From a virus, in IMG/VR virus record IMGVR_UViG_3300025322_000015, positions 8,666 through 72,665 of that record: a DNA stretch of 64,000 nucleotides. The stretch is one strand, 5' to 3'. Under the pieces are notes generated by a model, which saw only the letters and a list, made by a program, of their open reading frames with translations, had not been told where the DNA came from and searched no databases. A program made the position numbers and the translations under genes. This document shows positions 56,154-63,501 of the stretch, one piece after another (the stretch's first letter is position 1; each line of letters opens with the position of its first letter).

Positions 56154-56576
56154 CTATATACTACGCGCAGCCAGCGCTGTTAGAATCACTGCGTAGAAGC
56201 CCCAGTACTTCGGAGCCAGGCTGGTCGAGTTGATCTCAGTCACGACACCGTAAACTAACACCTGAGGATCGTTGTTCGCATCGGCGACAGCCTCTGCAAA
56301 GGTCTTGAATTCACGACGGTCCTTGGGCACGCCTCGGCCGACGTTACGAACGGTCGTGAAATACTTTGCAGCGATCAGAACACCAACCTCGTGATCGTCC
56401 ACAGCATATGCCCGACCGTCCCCATACTTGAAAGACTCAGGATCGGATAGGATAATCTTGAAGCACTCAACAGAAGCAAGATCGCCGTGATCGGCAACAA
56501 GCTTGTCCCATTTCTTCTGAGCAGTCTTGCCTGGGACCTTCGCCCAGGATTTGTATACACGAATTGCCATCTTCAT
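56154..56576 (-). CDS. early hypothetical protein
   Basis: CAGGAG SD. Confidence 0.75.
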   Translation of the reverse strand: MKMAIRVYKSWAKVPGKTAQKKWDKLVADHGDLASVECFKIILSDPESFKYGDGRAYAVDDHEVGVLIAAKYFTTVRNVGRGVPKDRREFKTFAEAVADANNDPQVLVYGVVTEINSTSLAPKYWGFYAVILTALAARSI

Positions 56577-56602
56577 CTCCTGTTGTGTGCGTCTGCCTAT
56601 GC

Positions 56603-56635
56603 ATTATGTGTAAGGTAAAGCGCCTACTTACGCAA
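56603..56635 (-). promoter_or_regulatory. phage early promoter copy 3
   Basis: TTGCGT-N17-TACACATAAT. Confidence 0.8.
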
Positions 56636-56688
56636 GCGCCCTTTTGTATATGAAAGAAAATAGTGGCCCAGTCTCCTGGGCCACCTTA

Positions 56689-57789
56689 CTAGGCGCTGAT
56701 CTTCTCCTGACTGCGCACGAGCTGGACAACCTTCGGGCTGGTCTTGCGCGTAGCCTTCTTCTCGGCTGCAACCTTGCGAGCGGCTGCCTTCTTCGCTGCG
56801 GCGGCAATCTTCTTGGCCTCGGCCGCTGCCTTCTTCGCGGCTGCGACAGCGCGACGTTTCGCGGCAGCAAGGTTCTTCTTCTCGAGGGCAATCTTCTTGG
56901 CTTCGATAATCTTCTCTGCCGCTGCAAGCTTCTTCGCCGCCTCAGCATCCTGACCTTCGGTAGCCGCCTTCTTCTTCGCTGCCGCTGCCAACTTCCGGGC
57001 CGCAGCCGCTTTCTTCTTTGCCGTCTCTACCTTCTTCGCGGCAGCAGCAATCTTCTTCTCAGCAGCAACCTTCTTGGCAATGATCTCCGCTTTCTTATCT
57101 GCGGAAAGCTTCATAGCGTGGCCAATCATCCCAGCAGCAAAGCCGGACATTAGGCTGATCATCTCCATCATCACCATCTGGAAGACGACAATCATCGCCG
57201 TCGTGTACGTGTCGATTTTGGTTCCAGCAACCTCGAACATCGTCTGGCCGAGAATCGCCTTCCCCGACATCGCTGCGGTCGTGTTCGCTTGCTGCTTCAC
57301 AACCTGGACCTTAATCTCTTTCTCCAGGATGTCTACGCGAGCAACAAGAGCGGTGCACTTGTCCTTACAACCTTTGTTCTTCGACTCAGCGAGCATCATC
57401 GCGCGCGCCACATCGAGAGAAGCGCGGAGGTCCTTTAGGTTCTCAGCACCAACCGTTTCGATCTTCTGCGCCGTGTGCGTCGTTACAAACTGCGTACCGA
57501 ACATATCGGCAGTGGCTAGGAAGGCGCAGACGAAAGATACGAGTGTGACCATCCAGTAGATGCTGCGCAGCAGCACCGTCTTGCCCACCGCCTGCATGGC
57601 AACCGGCAGAACCATCTTCGTGACGTCGCCGATAGCGAACATCACCGCACCAGCGATACCCATCGTCAGACCGACGACGACGTTAATATACAAGCTTAGG
57701 CCACCGGCTACGAGCACGATGGCGAAAATCACCGTACCAAAGATCCAAGCTGCGGCGATAGAAACGGACTTCTTAGCGGACTGGTTCAT
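56689..57789 (-). CDS. membrane protein with a coiled coil and an Ala/Lys-rich (histone H1/TolA-like) tail
   Basis: N-terminal TM helices, CKDKC, further TM, AAAKK repeats; AGGAG SD. Confidence 0.75.
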   Translation of the reverse strand: MNQSAKKSVSIAAAWIFGTVIFAIVLVAGGLSLYINVVVGLTMGIAGAVMFAIGDVTKMVLPVAMQAVGKTVLLRSIYWMVTLVSFVCAFLATADMFGTQFVTTHTAQKIETVGAENLKDLRASLDVARAMMLAESKNKGCKDKCTALVARVDILEKEIKVQVVKQQANTTAAMSGKAILGQTMFEVAGTKIDTYTTAMIVVFQMVMMEMISLMSGFAAGMIGHAMKLSADKKAEIIAKKVAAEKKIAAAAKKVETAKKKAAAARKLAAAAKKKAATEGQDAEAAKKLAAAEKIIEAKKIALEKKNLAAAKRRAVAAAKKAAAEAKKIAAAAKKAAARKVAAEKKATRKTSPKVVQLVRSQEKISA

Positions 57790-57807
57790 GACTAACTCCT
57801 ACTTGAT

Positions 57808-57884
57808 CGGGATGCCTCATCGGGCCGTGAGCTCCCACCTCACAACGACCATCGGGGAAGCTTTCGCTTCCCCTAGGTTTCGGC
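57808..57884 (-). ncRNA. type II hammerhead ribozyme HHR-A (U4C core)
   Basis: gcc GAAAC-stemIII(GAAA loop)-GUC | 8-bp stem I-CCGAUGA-ggc; loop I UGGGA pairs with the 3' tail UCCCG; predicted cut between 57847 and 57846. Confidence 0.85.
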
Positions 57885-57885
57885 T

Positions 57886-58299
57886 CTACTTCGTTAGCAC
57901 GATGGAACCAAGTTCCACCCAGAAGGCGCGAACAGCGTCCTCGGCCAAGTTGCTTGCAGCCGATGTGGACCGGCTACCCAACTTCATGCTCGAAAGAACG
58001 TTCCGAAGCGCCTCAGACTTAATCCGCTCCGGAATTGCATCGCCGTCGGCAGCATCCTTAATCTCGATAAGGACCCGCGCCGCCTGATCTGCCGTGAACG
58101 CCGCTACTGGAAGCTCGATGGCATACCAGCCCAACCAATGCGCCTGATGATGAAAAGTTACATCACCGTGCTCGCCGGCATAGGCAGCGTCCATCTCTGC
58201 TTGAGTCTTGAGATTCTCCAGCATCGACGTATAAAGATTCATCTTCGCGTTTAGCAAGAGACGAAGATTACCGACGTTTTTCGCTTCTCCGAGGAACAT
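57886..58299 (-). CDS. hypothetical protein flanked by HHR-B and HHR-A
   Basis: CAGGA SD. Confidence 0.75.
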   Translation of the reverse strand: MFLGEAKNVGNLRLLLNAKMNLYTSMLENLKTQAEMDAAYAGEHGDVTFHHQAHWLGWYAIELPVAAFTADQAARVLIEIKDAADGDAIPERIKSEALRNVLSSMKLGSRSTSAASNLAEDAVRAFWVELGSIVLTK

Positions 58300-58317
58300 T
58301 TTCTAATCCTGTGTAGT

Positions 58318-58396
58318 TGAGATGCCTCATCGGGCCGGGGTCTCTCACACCTCAGCGATCATCGGGGGCAGCTTTCGCCACCCCCTAGATTTCGGC
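58318..58396 (-). ncRNA. type II hammerhead ribozyme HHR-B (U4C core)
   Basis: gcc GAAAU-stemIII-AUC | stem I-CCGAUGA-ggc; loop I UGAGA pairs with UCUCA; predicted cut between 58357 and 58356. Confidence 0.85.
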
Positions 58397-58699
58397 TTAC
58401 TTCGTCGGATACTTTACGGCGTGCAGTTCTAGGAAGCGCTTGCACTCGGCAGCTTGGTAAGCTGCGCGATTGCGATACATCTGAGCAGCGTCGAGGTCAC
58501 CGTCGACCTCTGCATGCTTGACCCTATTCTCATACTTTGCAGCTAGGGTACAATGTGCCTTCGCGTCGTTTAGGCTAACGATACACCAGACGCCTTTCCA
58601 GGTCACCTTCTCACCGCACCTCTCGGTACCTTCCCCAGCTAAAACCGTTGGGACTGTAAGCAGTACAACTGAAGCAGCGAGGGCGATAACTTTAAGCAT
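58397..58699 (-). CDS. small secreted Cys-containing protein flanked by HHR-C and HHR-B
   Basis: Signal peptide MLKVIALAASVVLLTVPTVLA; four Cys. Confidence 0.75.
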   Translation of the reverse strand: MLKVIALAASVVLLTVPTVLAGEGTERCGEKVTWKGVWCIVSLNDAKAHCTLAAKYENRVKHAEVDGDLDAAQMYRNRAAYQAAECKRFLELHAVKYPTK

Positions 58700-58714
58700 C
58701 TTCTACTCCTGTGA

Positions 58715-58789
58715 ATGAGCTGTCTTATTCAAGCCGGGTAGCTCATCTCCCGACGACCTTCGAGGAATTTTTTTCCTCTAGGTTTCGAC
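58715..58789 (-). ncRNA. type II hammerhead ribozyme HHR-C (U3-A8 core with a 1-nt insertion)
   Basis: guc GAAAC-stemIII-GUC | stem I-UUGAAUAA-gac; loop I AUGAGCU pairs with AGCUCAU; predicted cut between 58755 and 58754. Confidence 0.8.
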
Positions 58790-59022
58790 TTTTCGTCTTC
58801 TCCGGTGTGCTTTCGCGGCCGGTAGGTTTAAGGTCCAGGAAGTCCTTTTTCTTTTTATCGTGAGCTTCTTTTGATGTTCCCAGCTTCCGCTCCGTTCGGT
58901 GCCTGGTTCCCCTTCTCGGGTCGGTAGTCCTCTCTACCGTCTTCTCTAGTCGCTGGTCGGGCCTGGAGCCTTTCCTTTCGGAGCCTTGAGGGGTCTTTCG
59001 ACACTTGCTCTGCAGCTCCGAT
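58790..59022 (-). ncRNA. structured purine-rich leader / candidate ncRNA
   Basis: Several hairpins (GUC-GAAA-GAC, CGGUAG-AGAGGA-CUACCG, CCGG..GC-GAAA-GC..CCGG), A-rich linkers, no credible ORF; TSS approximate. Confidence 0.55.
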
Positions 59023-59028
59023 AAATAC

Positions 59029-59057
59029 AATATAGTAACTTCTTTGTAGTAATGCAA
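59029..59057 (-). promoter_or_regulatory. sigma70-type promoter of the ribozyme operon
   Basis: TTGCAT-N17-TATATT with an AT-rich upstream tract. Confidence 0.75.
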
Positions 59058-59201
59058 TACCTTTTATATAAAATAAAGCAAAAAAACTAAAAAGATTTTA
59101 CTACCCCGGAATATACTTGCTCTGCTTGAATATCTTTGCTGTCTATCCGTTGTATTTAAGACCAACTACAACCTTTTGCAATAAAAAACCTTGTCGAATA
59201 C

Positions 59202-59232
59202 AAAATAAAAGGCCGGGTGTTTCCACCCGACC
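59202..59232 (-). terminator. intrinsic terminator
   Basis: GGTCGGGTG-GAAA-CACCCGGCC followed by TTTTATTTT. Confidence 0.85.
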
Positions 59233-59241
59233 CGATTTCAA

Positions 59242-59577
59242 CTAGCGCAGCTTTGCGACGTCTGCAGAAGTGCCAAGAACCCAGCGACCCTTGAAAAGGT
59301 AAGCTTGGAAAACATCGCCAGTCGACAGGTCTTTAAACACCGCGTAAAAGTGATGCCCGTACTCGAGATTTTGCGCATCCTGATACTCCTCCAAAGCGGG
59401 GAAGCTGGTTACGCCTGCGAACTTAAGCATCTCAGCGGCAGTTTTAAATACTGGCGTTTCGCTGTACTTCGTCTTGTTGTCCGTGAAACCAAGGAATTCG
59501 CAGCGGTCGAGGTGACCACGATACCCAACCTCAAGAACATCGCCGGTCTTAATGCTGCGGAATGTATGCTTGGTCAT
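59242..59577 (-). CDS. early hypothetical protein
   Basis: CAGGAGAAG SD. Confidence 0.75.
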   Translation of the reverse strand: MTKHTFRSIKTGDVLEVGYRGHLDRCEFLGFTDNKTKYSETPVFKTAAEMLKFAGVTSFPALEEYQDAQNLEYGHHFYAVFKDLSTGDVFQAYLFKGRWVLGTSADVAKLR

Positions 59578-59617
59578 TTTCTTCTCCTGTGAGTTGTTGT
59601 AAGCTTGCTGCCTACTC

Positions 59618-59650
59618 ATTATATGTAAGCTAAAGTTACTATCAACGCAA
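59618..59650 (-). promoter_or_regulatory. phage early promoter copy 4
   Basis: TTGCGT-N17-TACATATAAT. Confidence 0.8.
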
Positions 59651-59670
59651 GCAAATACTTTACGTCATAC

Positions 59671-59699
59671 AAATAAAAAGCCCCACCTTTCGGTAGGGC
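59671..59699 (-). terminator. intrinsic terminator
   Basis: GCCCTACC-GAAA-GGTGGGGC followed by TTTTT. Confidence 0.85.
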
Positions 59700-59709
59700 C
59701 TCTGTTTGA

Positions 59710-59880
59710 TCAGAAGCTGAAGTGTTTTTCAGTGTACCGATTTAGCGTATATTCATCTTCGCAACCGGCCATAAAACCCTCTTCGATAACTTGCCGGACC
59801 TCGTCCTCAGCAGCGTCAGGAAAGTTCCGAAGAATGCGAGCAAGCACTGTATCCAAAATCTTCATTTGCTCTTCGTTCAT
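59710..59880 (-). CDS. 56-aa acidic early protein (not in ORF track)
   Basis: GGAG SD; sits between its own promoter and terminator; MNEEQMKILD...KHFSF. Confidence 0.75.
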   Translation of the reverse strand: MNEEQMKILDTVLARILRNFPDAAEDEVRQVIEEGFMAGCEDEYTLNRYTEKHFSF

Positions 59881-59912
59881 AATCTTTCTCCGTTGTGTTT
59901 GTCTGCCTATGC

Positions 59913-59945
59913 ATTATATGTAAAGTATAATTACTACTTACACAA
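59913..59945 (-). promoter_or_regulatory. phage early promoter copy 5
   Basis: TTGTGT-N17-TACATATAAT. Confidence 0.8.
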
Positions 59946-59964
59946 GAAATACTTTAAATCAAAC

Positions 59965-59993
59965 AAAGAAAAAGCCCCACCTTTCGGCAGGGC
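59965..59993 (-). terminator. intrinsic terminator
   Basis: GCCCTGCC-GAAA-GGTGGGGC followed by TTTTT. Confidence 0.85.
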
Positions 59994-60016
59994 TTCTCTC
60001 TACTCGAGGGCGATTA

Positions 60017-60301
60017 TTACCACCCAAAAACTTCGATTATCCTCGAAACGGTGTGAGCAGCTTGCTCACGCTCCCAATTGAACATCCGCACGATATTCTC
60101 GAAGTTCTGAATGGCCGCCTCCATGCGCTCGGCATCCAGGTCTGTATAAATGATCAGACCGTTCACTGGAGTCTGCGCTAACCCGATAGCTGTGAGCGCG
60201 ACCGCCTCGTTCACCGCACACACGTTGTGCTCGGCAAACTCGATCTCGGCCGCAAGTTCAACAAGGCGTGCAGCTATCTGGGTATTTGTAGGGTTGGTCA
60301 T
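60017..60301 (-). CDS. early hypothetical protein
   Basis: CAGGAGAAG SD. Confidence 0.8.
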   Translation of the reverse strand: MTNPTNTQIAARLVELAAEIEFAEHNVCAVNEAVALTAIGLAQTPVNGLIIYTDLDAERMEAAIQNFENIVRMFNWEREQAAHTVSRIIEVFGW

Positions 60302-60336
60302 TTTCTTCTCCTGTGTATATAGGCTACTGCCTACTC

Positions 60337-60369
60337 ATTATGTGTAAGCTATAATCCATACTAACGCAA
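60337..60369 (-). promoter_or_regulatory. phage early promoter copy 6
   Basis: TTGCGT-N17-TACACATAAT. Confidence 0.8.
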
Positions 60370-60390
60370 GAGAATACTTTACTTCAAACA

Positions 60391-60417
60391 AATAAAAATC
60401 CCAATCTTTCGACTAGG
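60391..60417 (-). terminator. intrinsic terminator after the helicase
   Basis: CCTAGTC-GAAA-GATTGGG followed by ATTTTTATT. Confidence 0.7.
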
Positions 60418-60428
60418 CTGAAGGAGCT

Positions 60429-62015
60429 CTACTTTCCGAAAATAAAATCTTTTGCTTTCCCGCGGAGCACCTCTTCCAGCAAGTTCTTGCCTTCTTCTAG
60501 CGCTGCAAGATTTGCGTGGTCGTATGTGCCACGAGTGATTAGGTCGTAGATGAAAACACTACTGTGATCCGAACCTTGCCGCTCCACTCGTCTTCGAGTC
60601 TGCTTTCTCATGATAGGTGAAATAGGACTCTCGAAGTATATCCCGTATCTCGCTATCTGTAGATTCAAACCAAAACCGCCGCAGTCATTATTCAACACGA
60701 GCACTCTACAGGATTCGTCTGTCTTAAAAGCTTCCAATACAACTTTCTGATCCTTTGTCCCACCATAAATTCTTTGATGACCTATCTTCACCTTAGTTAA
60801 TTCTCGGCAAATCATCGCGCCAGAGATTGTAAACTGGCAATAGACCACAACCTTGTATCGAGGTGTAACCTCATCAAGTATGCTCAGCAGCAGATCGAGC
60901 TTAGGATTGTCTTTGAATTCGAGCGAGGCGCGCTCGCCCGTCTCATCATCGTGGTAGCCAATGAACCCAGAAGATATTTGCCGGAGACGTAAAAAAGAGT
61001 TCTTGATTACCGTTAGGTCTTTCGGGCCCTGAACCTCTAGGGCACTACGAAACTCATCCTGTACAGCGTAGTAATGCGCCTCAGCATCAGAAGACATATT
61101 GACTTCTTTTACTACGGGGATCAACTTAGGTAGCGACGTCGCCTCGGCCTCGTACGTAATCGACCGCGCTGCAATGAATTCATGAAGTAGTTTAGCCTTC
61201 TTCTTCTCGAAATGATACTCCGGAAATCCAGACATCTGGTTCATCGTCTCGGAGTAGAACGCGGACCGGAACAGACCTAGGGTCTCACCCAAGCTGTGGC
61301 CGAGATCTACCAAGAACATCTGAGCCCATAGTGGCTTTGGATCTTTTCCGAAAGGCGTACCCGTTAGAGGGTATACAAGCTTGTTCTTGGCTTTTGCAAA
61401 ACGTCTACAAATGCGATACGTCAAACTGTCGGGGTTGCCGAGTTCAGTAGACTCGTCGAAGAAGAATCCATCCACAATACGGAGTAGGGCGTTGATCTGC
61501 TTATCCCAGGGTGTCATCTTCGTGACACCTTTCTTGGTCACAGTCGTCTTGCAGACCATATGCAGCAGGCCCATGTACGTCGTCACGTAGAGCAGCGAGT
61601 CACCTTTCTGAACCGCTGCCCACTTCTCCTTGCTTGATCCTCCTAGGATCGTATACTTCGTGTTCGGAGAATGCTTGGTTATCTCGTCTCCCCACTCGAA
61701 CATGTTGATTCGATTTGGGACTAAGACGAGGAACACCTTACCGCGCTTCACCTTTTCAAAGTATCGAGCGAGGGCAATCGACAGCAGAGTCTTCCCACAA
61801 CCCGTATCAAGGAAGAAGGCCCAGCTACCATGCCGGGCCCCTAACAGAAGACAGACGCGTTGGTGCTTCCGTAACCTACGCCAGATGGGAGGTCGAGCTG
61901 GAAGCTTCTCCATCAGCGCATCGAGCTTGTTAAATTTGTAGTTCTTCCACTTTCGGTAGTCCCCGCGCTCGCGCGCGAGGAACTGTCGAATGGCCGCCTT
62001 AGGAATAACACCCAT
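60429..62015 (-). CDS. SNF2-like SF2 helicase
   Basis: DTGCGKT, FDES, LTGTP, GFGLNLQ. Confidence 0.9.
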   Translation of the reverse strand: MGVIPKAAIRQFLARERGDYRKWKNYKFNKLDALMEKLPARPPIWRRLRKHQRVCLLLGARHGSWAFFLDTGCGKTLLSIALARYFEKVKRGKVFLVLVPNRINMFEWGDEITKHSPNTKYTILGGSSKEKWAAVQKGDSLLYVTTYMGLLHMVCKTTVTKKGVTKMTPWDKQINALLRIVDGFFFDESTELGNPDSLTYRICRRFAKAKNKLVYPLTGTPFGKDPKPLWAQMFLVDLGHSLGETLGLFRSAFYSETMNQMSGFPEYHFEKKKAKLLHEFIAARSITYEAEATSLPKLIPVVKEVNMSSDAEAHYYAVQDEFRSALEVQGPKDLTVIKNSFLRLRQISSGFIGYHDDETGERASLEFKDNPKLDLLLSILDEVTPRYKVVVYCQFTISGAMICRELTKVKIGHQRIYGGTKDQKVVLEAFKTDESCRVLVLNNDCGGFGLNLQIARYGIYFESPISPIMRKQTRRRVERQGSDHSSVFIYDLITRGTYDHANLAALEEGKNLLEEVLRGKAKDFIFGK

Positions 62016-62016
62016 T

Positions 62017-62241
62017 TCACTTTGTATCCGTATCAGTACGACGAGGTAATGGAGGTTTCACCAGGTATGGGTAAGCGTAGTCTTTCCGATGGCACCAGCA
62101 TAATGTGCGTTTTTTAAGAACCAGCCTACGCTCGAATTTACGAATGTTATTCTCGCACTGCTTCCAGCTCTTGTAATGTCCTCGGGGATACCAATCCGTG
62201 CCGCTGCCGAGCAGACAACTAACGATTATGAGAGCTTTCAT
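62017..62241 (-). CDS. hypothetical protein
   Basis: TAATG overlap with the queE stop. Confidence 0.5.
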   Translation of the reverse strand: MKALIIVSCLLGSGTDWYPRGHYKSWKQCENNIRKFERRLVLKKRTLCWCHRKDYAYPYLVKPPLPRRTDTDTK

Positions 62242-62960
62242 TAATCTACCCCCACAAGCTTGTGCAACTGGATCGACAAACGGTAACCAAACTTCATGCA
62301 AACCGCAGCAGTTTCCATTATGTTCTTCGTGCGTTCAGTCTCATTCTCTTCGTCCATCGGCTGAACGTAGATAGGCGTACCTTCGGGAAGACTTTGACAA
62401 GGTCGATAAATCTTCGTGATCTTTCCGGGGATCTGAGTTGACATACAAGGAAGGCCGTCCTCATCATCAACCTCTCCGGCTCGAATGATGTATTTCAGCG
62501 AGTGGATGTGCGGAATGAGGTTCGGGCTCAACTGCGGGGTCTTCGGCGAGCATACAATCTTGTTTACCGAATCTTTCGCGAACAAGCGAGGAATGCTAGG
62601 AAGAAACACGGTGCCGGCCGTCTCGATCGATACAGCAATCCCGGCCTGATTCAACAAAACAATAAATGGTCCCACGTTCTGGAGGAACGGTTCGCCTCCG
62701 GTAATCACCACCAACGGGCATTTGTTGGTCATCGCAAGCTTAACTACATCGTACGCAATCTCCACGCACTCACGCACCTCACCGGTATCGAATTGAGTGT
62801 CGCAGAAAAAACACCTTAAATTGCAATGACTTAACCGCACGAATACTGCTGGTCGGCCAGCATCAGGACCCTCACCCTGAATAGTGTACCAAAACGAGTG
62901 TACCTTCAATGAACCATCGTCATGGGGATACGGTTTTGTTATTACATTCTTTCCGAACAT
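62241..62960 (-). CDS. queE: 7-carboxy-7-deazaguanine synthase (radical SAM)
   Basis: TIQGEG, CNLRCFFCDT, ITGGEP, IETAG, VCSPK, RLSIQLHK; start taken at MFGKN. Confidence 0.95.
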   Translation of the reverse strand: MFGKNVITKPYPHDDGSLKVHSFWYTIQGEGPDAGRPAVFVRLSHCNLRCFFCDTQFDTGEVRECVEIAYDVVKLAMTNKCPLVVITGGEPFLQNVGPFIVLLNQAGIAVSIETAGTVFLPSIPRLFAKDSVNKIVCSPKTPQLSPNLIPHIHSLKYIIRAGEVDDEDGLPCMSTQIPGKITKIYRPCQSLPEGTPIYVQPMDEENETERTKNIMETAAVCMKFGYRLSIQLHKLVGVD

Positions 62961-62970
62961 TTCTTTTCCT

Positions 62971-63501
62971 CTACGTCCTCTCAAACATCTTAGAATCGTA
63001 CGATACTGCTGTTGTCTTCTTGCCTGTCTTGGCTTTCCGTGTTCGCGCCACTGCGGCTTGACTAGATCGGGGGAGCGCAAGTCGAAACCCCATGTGCTCC
63101 CCAGGTCCACCTCCTACAAAGATAACAGGGCAGAACATTGGAAGTTCATTGAGGTCGCTCGGAATTACGCGCGACAGAGCATCTCGATACTCTTTACATA
63201 GCTGTCGCGGTAGATACCCGACAGCATACTCCAAAAAATAAACAGCAACGGCCAGCTGGTCGTGTGAATTATTATTCTCGTAAACAAGCTCGGCGCGGCG
63301 CTCATACGCTCCGTTAGCCGCCTTAAAGTCGCGAACAGCTTGTCGAACCTCTGATTGCCGATAGCTCACACCAGCAACCGCAATCATATGCATCTTCGGG
63401 GGATTCAGCAACCTAGCCTTTTTCTTGAATCCTTGCCGCTGCGGAACGTCGGAACTCGGAATAAAATACTCAACCTTGAATGGTCCCAGCGGCATCTTCA
63501 C
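62971..63501 (-). CDS. HIRAN-domain protein
   Basis: VAGVSYR, N.HDQLAVAV, VGYLP. Confidence 0.8.
   Translation of the reverse strand: MKMPLGPFKVEYFIPSSDVPQRQGFKKKARLLNPPKMHMIAVAGVSYRQSEVRQAVRDFKAANGAYERRAELVYENNNSHDQLAVAVYFLEYAVGYLPRQLCKEYRDALSRVIPSDLNELPMFCPVIFVGGGPGEHMGFRLALPRSSQAAVARTRKAKTGKKTTAVSYDSKMFERT

Noticed and set aside
57808-58789. The ~78-nt repeats considered as a CRISPR array or as terminators
   Set aside because: They are separated by whole genes, diverge with compensatory changes, have no U-tract and no cas genes nearby; the hammerhead fold explains them better
58743-59057. 104-aa minus-strand ORF over the leader
   Set aside because: Its TTG start is the -35 hexamer itself, it has no SD, and its K/R/E bias simply mirrors the purine-rich RNA
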